From the IMG/VR virus record IMGVR_UViG_3300025132_007963, positions 32,001 through 96,000 of that record: a stretch of DNA of 64,000 bases; one strand, written 5' to 3'. The translations under genes and the position numbers were made by a program. The stretch comes from a virus. The notes below the pieces were generated by a model that did no database searches, was not told the DNA's origin, and was given only the letters and a program-made list of their open reading frames with translations. Below, in pieces: positions 53,434 to 63,431 of the stretch. Each line of letters begins with the position of its first letter. Positions within the stretch are counted from its first letter, which is position 1.

Positions 53434-54241
53434 ACTCTTCTGTTAGGTTTTGTATTTTAAGTATCTCCTCTAGCATATTTTCATCGATCTCTCTGTGCAA
53501 ATAACTGTCAAGTTTGTTTAAAACTTCTTGTGATTTAATAGAAATCTCTTGATCTGAAGAAGACATCTCGCTTGAAACAATCTTACTAACTTTTTCTTTT
53601 AGTTCTCCTACCACTTCGTTTAAGTGTATTTTTAATTCCAAACCATCATCAACAAAAGACGTAACATATTTTGTTAAAAGAACTTTTTGCCCTTCCTTCA
53701 ATGATGAGTATTTATCATTAAACTTGCTTACAAAAGTCTTGTACACTAAATTATCAATAGGATCTTTGAGATTGTTAATTCCCTCTCTATCTATTACCAT
53801 GTTTTCAACAATTTTATTTTCTAGCAAGATCTTTTCTTTTACAGACACTGCATCATTAAAAATAGAATATATACTAGCCAAATTTTTATAACTTGGCACA
53901 AAATTGTTAAAGACATCTGGAGACAATATCTTATTTATCTTTTTTATTAGATGACTTTGTTCTTTAAATAAAACCTTTTTATCAATTTTAGAATATTGTA
54001 TTTTTGATTCTATGATCAATTTTTCAGCTGTATCTTTTTGCAACCCTTTTGTTTCACACAAACTCTTATATAACTCAAGCTCTTTGTGTAGGGTGCTATC
54101 TTTTGAAAAATGTTCTTTCAAAATGGAAGCAACTTTATTCTTTTGGTTTGATTTGTTTTTAATAACAGCCTTTGTTAACTCTCTAACCAACGCCTCATAA
54201 ACAAACGCAGTATTTCTTTTCTTATTGTGCCTTAGTCTCAT
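53414..54241 (-). CDS. hypothetical helical protein adjacent to portal
   Basis: 275 aa, starts RHNKKRNTAF. Confidence 0.7.
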   Translation of the reverse strand: MRLRHNKKRNTAFVYEALVRELTKAVIKNKSNQKNKVASILKEHFSKDSTLHKELELYKSLCETKGLQKDTAEKLIIESKIQYSKIDKKVLFKEQSHLIKKINKILSPDVFNNFVPSYKNLASIYSIFNDAVSVKEKILLENKIVENMVIDREGINNLKDPIDNLVYKTFVSKFNDKYSSLKEGQKVLLTKYVTSFVDDGLELKIHLNEVVGELKEKVSKIVSSEMSSSDQEISIKSQEVLNKLDSYLHREIDENMLEEILKIQNLTEEFEKDVS

Positions 54242-56183
54242 TTTTGCTCCTCATTTCTAAATTCTCTATAAGTCGCTTAATATCAATACTTATTTCATTT
54301 ATAAGCGTCTCTTCCTTTAAGTAAGTAGTATCTTTCTCTTCAGAAACGACCCCCTTTCCTAGCCTCTTTAAGTCTTGATATCCAGGGTAAGTCGTTCTTT
54401 CAGTTCCTGTTTCCCGGGAACCCAGTCTGGCCAAGTGACGTGATCGAGCCCCCAAATCTCTTTTATCAACTGTTACAGGCTTATATACCTTGCCTTTTGA
54501 TCGATCTCCATCGTTACGCTTTCCTGGTGCTGTTAACAAAACGTCAGCCGGTTGACCAGGTGGCTGATCACCCGTTTCTGGTGGTGTGCCAAAGTCTGGC
54601 TCAGGACCTGCCGTTCCGGAACCAGGAGCTTCTGGGGTTGCTTCCCCGAATTCATCACCAAGGTTTAAGTCGTCTCCACCAGCTACAGCTTCTGTTTCGG
54701 CAGCAATTGCAGCCGAAGCTTGTTCTGCAGTTGCTTCAAGAACCGCATCGTATTTTCTATCATAAAACATCTCTCTTTGATTTCTAAGGAATTCATCTTC
54801 TGATAGGGCAAATATTCTTTCTGCAATCCATCGCTTACTAAAGAAGCCTTCTGTGGCAGAAGAAGCGATATCAAACTTAATTTTCCAATGCTCAAGTTCT
54901 TGAAGTTCAGCGATCTTTGAAGGGTTGCTCAAAAATAATTTAAAAGAAGTTAAGTCTTCACCACGAAAGCCAAGTATATAAAGGTGAACAATCGCTATCT
55001 TTTCTAGCTCTGTGATAATAGATCTTTGTAGTCTCTGTATTGTTCTTGCAAACCTCACATCTTTTTGAGCTAAGGTAGTTTTGTCTTCCTCTGCGCCTTC
55101 AGTACTAGAAAGGTATGATGGTGGAATCTTAAGTGCTGAAAACAATTTATCTCTTAAGTATTTTACATCATCGATGTCACCAGTGTATGTACCTCCAGGC
55201 AAAGTTTCTACTTTTGAAGACGTGCCGCCTCTTACGGGAATAAAATAATCTTCATCAATAGACATTGGGTTGTATCTTAAATCAACGCGACCAGTATTTG
55301 GATCTACAACTTGATTTCGTTTCATTTGTGTCATAACTTTTTGCATGTATTGTTCTACATCTGCTGGAGGAATGTTTCCGACATCAACATAAAAAACTCT
55401 TCTTTCCGGAGATCTGACAATTCTATATGCCATCATGGCATCTTCGAGCAATGTAAGTTGTCGCCATATTCTTCGACCTGGCTCTAGAGCGCTAGTACCA
55501 TATGGAGCGTACTTATCATTACCCAGTATCCTAAAGTGTGCAATTTGCCAATTTTCAAAAGTCATTCCCGCTGAGTTCCATTGATACTGAACATAATTTG
55601 GGTTTGTCTTGTCTTCCCCTTCTAATCTCTCAACCTCTGCAGTTGGAAGCCCGATGACACTTTGAATACCGATAGTCTCATCAATGTCTAGATATAGATA
55701 AAAGTCTCCATACTTACACATCGTTCTACACCACCCAAATAGATTAAATTCTAAATTTAAAACTTTCGAAAATAGTGTCTCTACTATGTTTTTGATTTCA
55801 TCGTTGGCGCATTGAACATTGAGCAAAGGATGTAGGGCACTAGAGGTTGTCATTTCATCTGCATATATATCTAGAGCAGATGCTATTTCTGGCGTGTATT
55901 CCATTTGGTCGAAATCTACATATCTTTCAATTCTGTTTTGATTAGTCATGACAGCTGCCATCAAATTATCAAATGGATTGTATTCTGTCTTTTTAAATTG
56001 TTGACCACTAGCAGACCTAAAACGATTTGCATATTTATCTAAATTTCTTCTTCGAAGGCGGCGTGCCGTTTGTGTTCGATAATTCACCATAGGGCCAGAT
56101 AGTAATCTTGTTAGTTTTTTGAACAAATTACTATCAGGGTTTCTAGGGTTGTTGTTGTTTTTATTTACTTTGCCAGTTGCCAT
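54222..56183 (-). CDS. portal protein (gp20-like)
   Basis: PEIASALDIYADE, RSPERRVFYVDVGN, EDYFIP, LFSALKIP; acidic C-terminal extension. Confidence 0.95.
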   Translation of the reverse strand: MATGKVNKNNNNPRNPDSNLFKKLTRLLSGPMVNYRTQTARRLRRRNLDKYANRFRSASGQQFKKTEYNPFDNLMAAVMTNQNRIERYVDFDQMEYTPEIASALDIYADEMTTSSALHPLLNVQCANDEIKNIVETLFSKVLNLEFNLFGWCRTMCKYGDFYLYLDIDETIGIQSVIGLPTAEVERLEGEDKTNPNYVQYQWNSAGMTFENWQIAHFRILGNDKYAPYGTSALEPGRRIWRQLTLLEDAMMAYRIVRSPERRVFYVDVGNIPPADVEQYMQKVMTQMKRNQVVDPNTGRVDLRYNPMSIDEDYFIPVRGGTSSKVETLPGGTYTGDIDDVKYLRDKLFSALKIPPSYLSSTEGAEEDKTTLAQKDVRFARTIQRLQRSIITELEKIAIVHLYILGFRGEDLTSFKLFLSNPSKIAELQELEHWKIKFDIASSATEGFFSKRWIAERIFALSEDEFLRNQREMFYDRKYDAVLEATAEQASAAIAAETEAVAGGDDLNLGDEFGEATPEAPGSGTAGPEPDFGTPPETGDQPPGQPADVLLTAPGKRNDGDRSKGKVYKPVTVDKRDLGARSRHLARLGSRETGTERTTYPGYQDLKRLGKGVVSEEKDTTYLKEETLINEISIDIKRLIENLEMRSKNETKAQ

Positions 56184-56187
56184 TATT

Positions 56188-57777
56188 TTATCCCTTAATT
56201 AGCCATGAGTATTCTTGTCTATTCTTTACATCTTTTTTCATATTGTCGAAAACACTGTCTTGTTTTTTATATGAATTCATTCCAGGTATAGAAGTGTTTA
56301 GGCTAGTTTTAGAAATCATCATAGAATCAATAAACGTTTTTTTATACTCTAAACTTCTTTGATTTTCAACCAAAGCTGTATCTCTAACCCAGCAGCCTAT
56401 AGCACTAGCCATAATCAAGTCGTCGTTATAACTTCTCATTGCTTCTGGCTTACCATTATTCCAAATAAAAGTTTTCATCTCATTATACAATCTAGCTGAG
56501 TATATTTTAATTAGTTTGTTTCTTACGAATTCCTCAAACTTAGCAATAATTAAAGGTCTTGTCTTTGAAGATGTAGTAAAACCTGCGATTGAGTTAGACA
56601 CACCTTCTGCTTGATATTGGTCAATGTACTCATGAGTTGACTTAATTGAATAATAAATGTTTGGGTATCCTTTATCTCTGAGTTTTTCTAAAACTGCATA
56701 CCCAACTGAGTTGTTTTCAACAACCATCATTGATTTTCCATACTCAGCTCCTAGGCTATATAACACCTCAGAAAATACATCTGGTGCAACCTTACCTTGA
56801 TATTCAGCTACAAGCTCCATTGTATTAATCTTGAACACCTCACAAACAGAATAGTCTCTACCATCGCCTCTTGCAACGTCTGCTGATATGAGATATTCAG
56901 ATCCAGGTTCATACTCTTTCCAAATCCAGAGATTTCTATCAAATCCCGTTCTATATTTTGGATCACACACAAAACTGTATAGCCATTGCATATCATCACC
57001 ATGAAAAACAGTTTCACCAGACATGTTAAAGTTACACTCTAGCTCTTGCGCTATTTCTCTTCTTGACATGTTTTTGGTTTCTTTTGAAAACCATTCCTGA
57101 TCTCTATCTGGGTGTCGATTCCATAATAATTTAGTTGCATAAAAATCATTTGATTTTTGCTCAGCCTCAACATAAGTTTTGTGAAACCAATTGCCGACAC
57201 CGTTTGGAGTAGATAGTGCTATGCAGCGGCCACCAGTTGATAGCGTTGGATACAAACCCATCCACAGCTCGCCCAAGCCCTCAACGTGAGCAGCCTCGTC
57301 AACCACAAGGAGTGATAGGGCTTCAGAACGACCAGCATCCCCAGAGGTTGAAGATGCTTTGATCTGTGATCCATTTGATAGTTCAAACGATGTTCTGTTA
57401 TCAATTGTTACGTGTGCAACCATAATCCATTCAGGTAAATTCTTAAGAATGTTTTTTACTTTTTTTACTAAGTTGGAAGCAGTACTAAATTTTGTTGCAA
57501 TGACGAGGACATTTTTTTCTCTGTGAAAAAGCATTAGCCATACAATATATGCAGCTGATATTGTAGAAATGCCCAACTGTCTAGCTTTCAATATTATGTT
57601 GAAGCGCCTATCTCTAAAATCATTTACCAAATCTTCTTGAAAGTCATAAAGATGAAAAGGTATTAAGCCTTTTTGTGGGTGTGTAATTTTCGCATAATTG
57701 TTAATAAAATAAACGGGGTCCTTTCCGCATTTTAAGACCTCGCGCATTATTTGTTTTTTCGAAAGCTTGTAGGACAT
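56188..57777 (-). CDS. terminase large subunit (gp17-like)
   Basis: LKARQLGIST, VVDEAAH, LSTPNG, SADVARGDG.DYS, DDLIMA. Confidence 0.96.
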   Translation of the reverse strand: MSYKLSKKQIMREVLKCGKDPVYFINNYAKITHPQKGLIPFHLYDFQEDLVNDFRDRRFNIILKARQLGISTISAAYIVWLMLFHREKNVLVIATKFSTASNLVKKVKNILKNLPEWIMVAHVTIDNRTSFELSNGSQIKASSTSGDAGRSEALSLLVVDEAAHVEGLGELWMGLYPTLSTGGRCIALSTPNGVGNWFHKTYVEAEQKSNDFYATKLLWNRHPDRDQEWFSKETKNMSRREIAQELECNFNMSGETVFHGDDMQWLYSFVCDPKYRTGFDRNLWIWKEYEPGSEYLISADVARGDGRDYSVCEVFKINTMELVAEYQGKVAPDVFSEVLYSLGAEYGKSMMVVENNSVGYAVLEKLRDKGYPNIYYSIKSTHEYIDQYQAEGVSNSIAGFTTSSKTRPLIIAKFEEFVRNKLIKIYSARLYNEMKTFIWNNGKPEAMRSYNDDLIMASAIGCWVRDTALVENQRSLEYKKTFIDSMMISKTSLNTSIPGMNSYKKQDSVFDNMKKDVKNRQEYSWLIKG

Positions 57778-57779
57778 TC

Positions 57780-58379
57780 TTATTTGAGATTAGGATTTCT
57801 CTGACCGGTAGTGACCTTAAAAGGATTAAATTGCTTATAGTTATCACCGGGAGCGTCAGAGTTTTTTGGTCGCTTTCCAGCGCCACCAAGTTCTAGAAAC
57901 TTCTTGAAGGTTGCATCTAGGCGATCCTTACTGCCATCTTTTGCATCATCCTGACTACGCAGTGGATTACCACCGATCTGGTAGCAGGCACAGGCGACAA
58001 CTGTGGTGCGAACTCTAGATAAATATTCAACGTGTACCTCAAGTTCTCTTGATGCGGTCAGAGAAATTGAATTACCAGTTAATTTACTAAACTCTTTCTT
58101 GATAAAAGAAACTACTTTGTTCAACATACCTTCTATTTCAGATTCAAAATTTGAATTATGAAGCTCCTTAAGTTTGATGTCACGCTGATATGTCAAGAAT
58201 AGTTTGTCACCATTAATTCTTGCTTTAAATCCATCTATCACGCGTGAATCTAATATTGGATCCCCCTCCTCCCTTTTAAGGCCGATCTTTATGTTTTCAT
58301 CGTTTTCATCTTTAGCTCCGTCATAGCTATTTGCCATAACTTGAGAAATTCCATTGATCACATCTAATATAGTTGCCAT
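57780..58379 (-). CDS. hypothetical protein, first gene of the packaging/head operon
   Basis: 199 aa, GAGGT RBS, preceded by the late motif. Confidence 0.7.
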   Translation of the reverse strand: MATILDVINGISQVMANSYDGAKDENDENIKIGLKREEGDPILDSRVIDGFKARINGDKLFLTYQRDIKLKELHNSNFESEIEGMLNKVVSFIKKEFSKLTGNSISLTASRELEVHVEYLSRVRTTVVACACYQIGGNPLRSQDDAKDGSKDRLDATFKKFLELGGAGKRPKNSDAPGDNYKQFNPFKVTTGQRNPNLK

Positions 58380-58403
58380 TTATAAACCTCACTCTATACT
58401 AAA

Positions 58404-58411
58404 TAAATAGT
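58404..58411 (-). promoter_or_regulatory. candidate late promoter motif ACTATTTA
   Basis: 25 nt upstream of 58379. Confidence 0.6.
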
Positions 58412-58426
58412 AATTATAAATTCTAT

Positions 58427-58816
58427 TTACCTTAAAGTTTCAGGCCTCCAGCCTGAAAACCAACGATCCTCTCTATCTTCAACATATTTTACGTAACACT
58501 CAAAGCAACATTCAAACTTATTCATGTAAACATCATCTTTTGTTTTAAAAGAATAATGATTACATACCGGACAGGTTCTTGTTGATTTTTTATTCAGAAA
58601 AGTCTCAGAAACTAAAAAACCTTTATGTTGTTTCTTTTCTGTTGCATCTTCTTTTTTGTTTATTTTTTTATAGAATTTTTTTAAATCTTGAAGATATTGC
58701 TTTTCTTTTTCTTCATCCCAATTAGATTTAGGATTTTGTATAGTTTTGTCACCGTATTTTTGCGCGATAGCTTTCTCTATTTTAACAACAATATTTGGAT
58801 CATCTTTATCACTCAT
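58427..58816 (-). CDS. hypothetical protein with zinc-ribbon
   Basis: CPVC...CCFEC. Confidence 0.7.
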   Translation of the reverse strand: MSDKDDPNIVVKIEKAIAQKYGDKTIQNPKSNWDEEKEKQYLQDLKKFYKKINKKEDATEKKQHKGFLVSETFLNKKSTRTCPVCNHYSFKTKDDVYMNKFECCFECYVKYVEDREDRWFSGWRPETLR

Positions 58817-58817
58817 T

Positions 58818-59192
58818 TCATATGACCTCTTCTGTCTCGCCTATTGTTAAAGTTTTCATCCCTTTATCTCTTATAAGGTTATGAGCTATGGCTCTCAAGC
58901 CAGGTTTAGCTGGATCCATATCATTAATTAGGTATCTGGGGCCTCTTTCGATGCCCATTATTAGCCTATCCCATGGCACTTCGTGCAAAGCTAATTCTCT
59001 TATTGTGTGTGTCCTGTACTCCTCTGGTCTAGCTGTTGTTAATATAATCATGCAGTCTTGTTGTTTCCACTGCTTGATTTTTTCTAACGCGCCAGGAGTT
59101 AATTCAGGATTGGTAGTCTTGTATGTTTCAAATTTCCGATACTTGAAAATGGTTCCATCAATATCACAAAAAATAGTTCTATTCTTTTTCAT
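58818..59192 (-). CDS. HAD-superfamily phosphatase-like protein
   Basis: IFCDIDGTI, LTTARP, INDMD. Confidence 0.85.
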   Translation of the reverse strand: MKKNRTIFCDIDGTIFKYRKFETYKTTNPELTPGALEKIKQWKQQDCMIILTTARPEEYRTHTIRELALHEVPWDRLIMGIERGPRYLINDMDPAKPGLRAIAHNLIRDKGMKTLTIGETEEVI

Positions 59193-59193
59193 A

Positions 59194-59670
59194 TTAATCC
59201 TTCATTTGCATGTGAGAAATATAAACAACTGCAGATGTCATTAGTGTTCCCACTGCAAAACCCGAAATTACCCACCATATAGAATTATCATTTGGTCTTT
59301 TGAGTGCTGTCTCTTGAAGCTCTTTTATCTCTTTATCTTTTATATTAACTATGCCATTATATTCTTTTTCAATACTCTCTACTCTTAGCTCTAATTTACC
59401 TATCTCAAGTTGATAATCAGCTTTCATCTCTTCAAGAAGCCGACTAGCATAAAGAGCACATTCTTTTTTCTTTAATTGCAGGGCAGTGTTTATCTTTGCA
59501 AAGGCATTATCATCAAAACACCATGCATCAAACGGCACTGTTTTACCTTTTTCTACTTTTGAAAACTTTCCGTTTTCTATATTTTGCCCATAAACATTAA
59601 ATGGGCTGACAAACAGACTAATCGATATAAGTAAAGCCAAAGGCTTCTTCAATTTGTTTTTTAATAACAT
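59194..59670 (-). CDS. exported coiled-coil protein with C-terminal transmembrane helix
   Basis: N-terminal signal peptide, coiled coil, SIWWVISGFAVGTLMTSAVVYI. Confidence 0.65.
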   Translation of the reverse strand: MLLKNKLKKPLALLISISLFVSPFNVYGQNIENGKFSKVEKGKTVPFDAWCFDDNAFAKINTALQLKKKECALYASRLLEEMKADYQLEIGKLELRVESIEKEYNGIVNIKDKEIKELQETALKRPNDNSIWWVISGFAVGTLMTSAVVYISHMQMKD

Positions 59671-60010
59671 CTGGGTTTCCTTTTGAAATTGCTACAATCT
59701 CTTTAATTTTTTGTTTTTTCTCTTCTTCTAATTGTTGTTCTTCTTTGTCATATTTTTTCTGTATCTGCTCTAGGGCTGATTTGTATTTTTCTGTTAATTC
59801 ATTTCTTTTTATAAGCTCATCATGGTGCTTTTCTTTTAAGATTTTAACCTGAGCGTCGTAAGATTTTTGTTTAGTTTTTATAACCTCTAGCGCAGAAGTG
59901 GTGTTTCTTCTAAAGACAAGCCACATAATAAAGGTATACGCAACAATAGCTAGTATCACCCAATTATGTTTAGCCCACAAAAATGCTTTTTTTGCAAAAA
60001 ATAAATACAT
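59618..60010 (-). CDS. membrane-anchored coiled-coil protein (i-spanin-like)
   Basis: N-terminal TM WVILAIVAYTFIMWLVF, then coiled coil. Start reassigned to 60010 (TAATG overlap). Confidence 0.55.
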   Translation of the reverse strand: MYLFFAKKAFLWAKHNWVILAIVAYTFIMWLVFRRNTTSALEVIKTKQKSYDAQVKILKEKHHDELIKRNELTEKYKSALEQIQKKYDKEEQQLEEEKKQKIKEIVAISKGNPDVIKKQIEEAFGFTYID

Positions 60011-60213
60011 TACTTTTGCTTCCCATGTTTCCATTGCGTAGCCATGTCCACTAAGGCCTGAGTGCCAATGTATGCAAGTGTTACTGCTACCCAATTATCG
60101 CTACTTACAGAACCAACTAAACAGAGCCAAGTTGCTGTTAGCCATGCCAAGAACTTTCTTGAGATAAACCTTTCTACGTATCTATCTGCAAATGCTTTAA
60201 CTGCCTCTACCAT
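60010..60213 (-). CDS. holin-like two-TM small protein
   Basis: SRKFLAWLTATWLCL...WVAVTLAYIGTQALVD; 67 aa. Confidence 0.55.
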   Translation of the reverse strand: MVEAVKAFADRYVERFISRKFLAWLTATWLCLVGSVSSDNWVAVTLAYIGTQALVDMATQWKHGKQK

Positions 60214-60229
60214 TTAAAAAATCTCCTTA

Positions 60230-63200
60230 TTATATATTAACATGTGCATATCCATCTTTTTTCTCTATTATTATTTGTGAATCAACACAGTCCTTTAAAA
60301 CGTCTAGGTGTGATATAAGTATAACTGTTTTAAAATAAGTTTTAACCATATCTAGTATTCTTGTAAAGCCTTCCATGTTTTCTTCATCCAAAGCTGTACC
60401 GGGCTCGTCAAGAATAAAGATATCAGGTTTAGGTAAACTAGACACTGTTAGCAACGCTAGCCTCATCGCCATCGAGGCAATGGTCTTTTCAGCCCCAGAA
60501 CCAAGCTCTAACGGCCTCGCTTCATGTTTTGGATGCTGGATAAGGATATCTAGTTTCTTGCCGTCATTCTCGATAAATACCTGAAATTCGACTATGTTTG
60601 TTAGTATCTTGGCAATCTCGGAATTAATTAATGGCAACCTCTTTTTAATAATGTCGTATGATATGCCATTACTATGACAGCACGTCATCAACAGATCAAA
60701 GGCTGAGTACTCTGTACTAATCTCTTCCAATGTATGTTTTTGCTCTTGTAATGTTTCTAGTTGCTGCTCTAGAGATCCGCGTTGTTTATATAAGTTTAGT
60801 GTTTCAGTCTGACACTTATTTAGTTCTTTCTCTTTAGATGTCTTATCTTTTTTTATAGTGTTTCTTTTATTTAATAAACCCTCTAAATTTTCTATTGCTT
60901 CTCTGTTAGCTTCATAAATTTCAACTTTACTTTCATTTTCTTTAATGAGAAGATCAAGCTTCATCAATTCGTTATTGTTTTTTTCTAGTGATATCTCATT
61001 TGAGGACAAACGATTAGAAACTTCATTTTTCTTATCGAGCACTTGATTGTATTTGTTGATATGATCTTGCACCTTCGTGGGATCCAGAGCGCCAAGATCT
61101 TTACCCAGTGAGTTGATTGTGACAGACGCATCTTTCATGGTGCTCTCAGAAACTTTAATTAAATCTGTCGCAGCATATGCGTCTTTAATAAATTTACAAT
61201 GAGAGTATTCAGATCCACAGGGTACTTCTTTTAAAAGATCGGTTTTTCTCCTATTGTTTAATAACGAGTTGCCTTCTTGCTTTAGAACATTTAGAAGTTT
61301 TTGAAGCTCTGATTGTTTGTCACTTATAGTCTCCTGCTTCTCAAAGTATTCCTTGATATTAAAAGCAGATACAAAGCTTTCTATTTTTTGATAGCTAGCT
61401 TTATCTTTTTCTATTAATTCAACCAGTGTATTATTAACATTGCTGATCATAGTTTTCTTATCTTCAAACCTTAGTAAGTCATTTTTAATCTGAGTAATAT
61501 CAATAATTTGTTCCGGAACAGAATCAATATCATTTTGAATACTTGCTATAGTTTGCTTCATTTTTTCAAGTTCTTTATTTAAAGCGGCACATTTTACATC
61601 ATTGTTATCAATAATAAGTGCACTTTTATCAAGTTCAAAATTAATATCTTTAATTTCTTGTTCGTAATCTTTACCTTGTAATTTTTTCAAAAGACCTTTT
61701 GTTTCTTGCGAATCTTCTTTTGCCATTTTAAATTTTCTTTCAAAAACTTCAAGATCCAAGAATTTTGCAAGTATTTCTTTTCTCTTTGTTGAGCCTTCAT
61801 TAATAAACGACAAAGACCCAAGTTGACTGGCCATTGAAGTCATTAAAAAATCATCAATAGTTCCAAACATCTTTCTTATTTTTTTATCTGTATCTTGTCT
61901 GGATAAGCCATTGAGACTGGTTTTATTGCCTAACATGTCTTCGCTGTAAAAATCTAAATCTGTTTTAGCCTCTGTGGTTTCTTCTCCGTGAAGTTTCTTT
62001 GTATACTTTTCTGAAACTCTACTAACTGTGTAGTCCTTGTCGTTGATTGATATGACAACTTTTCCCACACCAATATCATTATTTTGATTAATAATGTTCA
62101 AGTTTTTTCTGACAGATTTGGAAGTAGAGTTATACACTGTGTAAAGCACACTGTCAACAATGGATGATTTTCCAGAGAAGTTTTTTCCGAAAATACCAAC
62201 AATACCGTTTAGTTTAGAAAAATCAATCTTGTTGTCTTTTCCGTAATTAAATAAACAATCCCACTCCATAGATTTCAGATTCCAGTTAATATTTCTAGAG
62301 ACCTCTTCACTCTGCTCTATGACAGAATTGTATCTTTGGTTGAGTTGCAATACCTTCTTCATTGTACTATCTTCGACTTGGTAGTCTTTTAGATATTCCT
62401 TGATCAACCTCTCTTGAACCTTGATATCTCTAAGGTCCTCTTGTAAAAGGTTTTTAGTGATGTCTTCTATGGATATATTTCTATTAGCTGCACGATTTAA
62501 AAAAGTAATTGATTCTGGTTTATATCTATGTTTGGCAACGTCGACTGCTTTTCTGATCTTGTCGAGTGAAATATTAGTACTAGATGCCAGACGTAACCTA
62601 GCTCCTTGTGGAACTTCAACCTTCTTAGGTAACCTACCGCTCTTGGTGAGATCAATAGTTATAAAAGGCTTTGGATTATCAAAGTATATGTGTTTGCAGT
62701 TAAATTGTTCTTTACTTTCAATATCCCATAATAAATATCCCTTATCTAGGGTCTCTCCAAAATTTTGCTGAACGGTAGAACCAGCGTATCTAACTCTACC
62801 TTCTTTGTCTAGAATTTGTGTTTTGTGTATGTCCCCAAGAAAAGCATAGTCAAAATCACTAAAGATATCAATATCATGATCTGTAGCTTCCATAACCCAA
62901 CCAATATCAGTAGAACAACTAGAAATTGCTCCATGATAAAGGGCTATGTTTATGTTATCATAATCTGACGGCTTTGCCCAATTATCTTCATCAAAGACAG
63001 ATAAGACATTTAAAGTAAACTTATCCTTTAGTGGTGTCTCCCCTGCTTCCTTTAGCAAGTGAAGCTGCTGCAGGTCTAATGCTTCTACGATAGGCGTTAG
63101 TGCATCTTGACGACTACTGTTTTTTAAGTTGCCGTCATGATTACCCAAAATTATATATGTGGGCGCTATGTTTGCCAAGTTGCGAAAAAAATCAGAACAC

Positions 63201-63376
63201 ATTTCCACAAACTCTGGTGAGATTTGTGTTTTTGTATGTGCAATATCTCCACAATGAATAATGTAATCTACATTTTCATTTCTAAGTGACTCGTATAACT
63301 GTTTAAAAACTTCTCTATATTCAAAATGATACTTTAAATTTCTAATATGTGTATCAGCAATATGCGCAAATCGCAT
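60230..63376 (-). CDS. SbcD-SbcC (Mre11-Rad50, gp47-gp46) fusion nuclease/ATPase
   Basis: ADTH, GDIAH, GNHD, GDIH metallophosphoesterase motifs; Walker A GKNFSGKSS; coiled coil with CGSEYSHC hook; LGSGAE signature; FILDEP; ISH. Confidence 0.93.
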   Translation of the reverse strand: MRFAHIADTHIRNLKYHFEYREVFKQLYESLRNENVDYIIHCGDIAHTKTQISPEFVEMCSDFFRNLANIAPTYIILGNHDGNLKNSSRQDALTPIVEALDLQQLHLLKEAGETPLKDKFTLNVLSVFDEDNWAKPSDYDNINIALYHGAISSCSTDIGWVMEATDHDIDIFSDFDYAFLGDIHKTQILDKEGRVRYAGSTVQQNFGETLDKGYLLWDIESKEQFNCKHIYFDNPKPFITIDLTKSGRLPKKVEVPQGARLRLASSTNISLDKIRKAVDVAKHRYKPESITFLNRAANRNISIEDITKNLLQEDLRDIKVQERLIKEYLKDYQVEDSTMKKVLQLNQRYNSVIEQSEEVSRNINWNLKSMEWDCLFNYGKDNKIDFSKLNGIVGIFGKNFSGKSSIVDSVLYTVYNSTSKSVRKNLNIINQNNDIGVGKVVISINDKDYTVSRVSEKYTKKLHGEETTEAKTDLDFYSEDMLGNKTSLNGLSRQDTDKKIRKMFGTIDDFLMTSMASQLGSLSFINEGSTKRKEILAKFLDLEVFERKFKMAKEDSQETKGLLKKLQGKDYEQEIKDINFELDKSALIIDNNDVKCAALNKELEKMKQTIASIQNDIDSVPEQIIDITQIKNDLLRFEDKKTMISNVNNTLVELIEKDKASYQKIESFVSAFNIKEYFEKQETISDKQSELQKLLNVLKQEGNSLLNNRRKTDLLKEVPCGSEYSHCKFIKDAYAATDLIKVSESTMKDASVTINSLGKDLGALDPTKVQDHINKYNQVLDKKNEVSNRLSSNEISLEKNNNELMKLDLLIKENESKVEIYEANREAIENLEGLLNKRNTIKKDKTSKEKELNKCQTETLNLYKQRGSLEQQLETLQEQKHTLEEISTEYSAFDLLMTCCHSNGISYDIIKKRLPLINSEIAKILTNIVEFQVFIENDGKKLDILIQHPKHEARPLELGSGAEKTIASMAMRLALLTVSSLPKPDIFILDEPGTALDEENMEGFTRILDMVKTYFKTVILISHLDVLKDCVDSQIIIEKKDGYAHVNI

Positions 63377-63402
63377 TAGACCTCCAGTAGTATGATTGAT
63401 AT

Positions 63403-63431
63403 ATTATAGGAAATTTTGATCAGGAAGTCAA
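63403..63431 (-). promoter_or_regulatory. sigma70-type promoter
   Basis: TTGACT-17 nt-TATAAT upstream of the SbcDC fusion. Confidence 0.88.
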
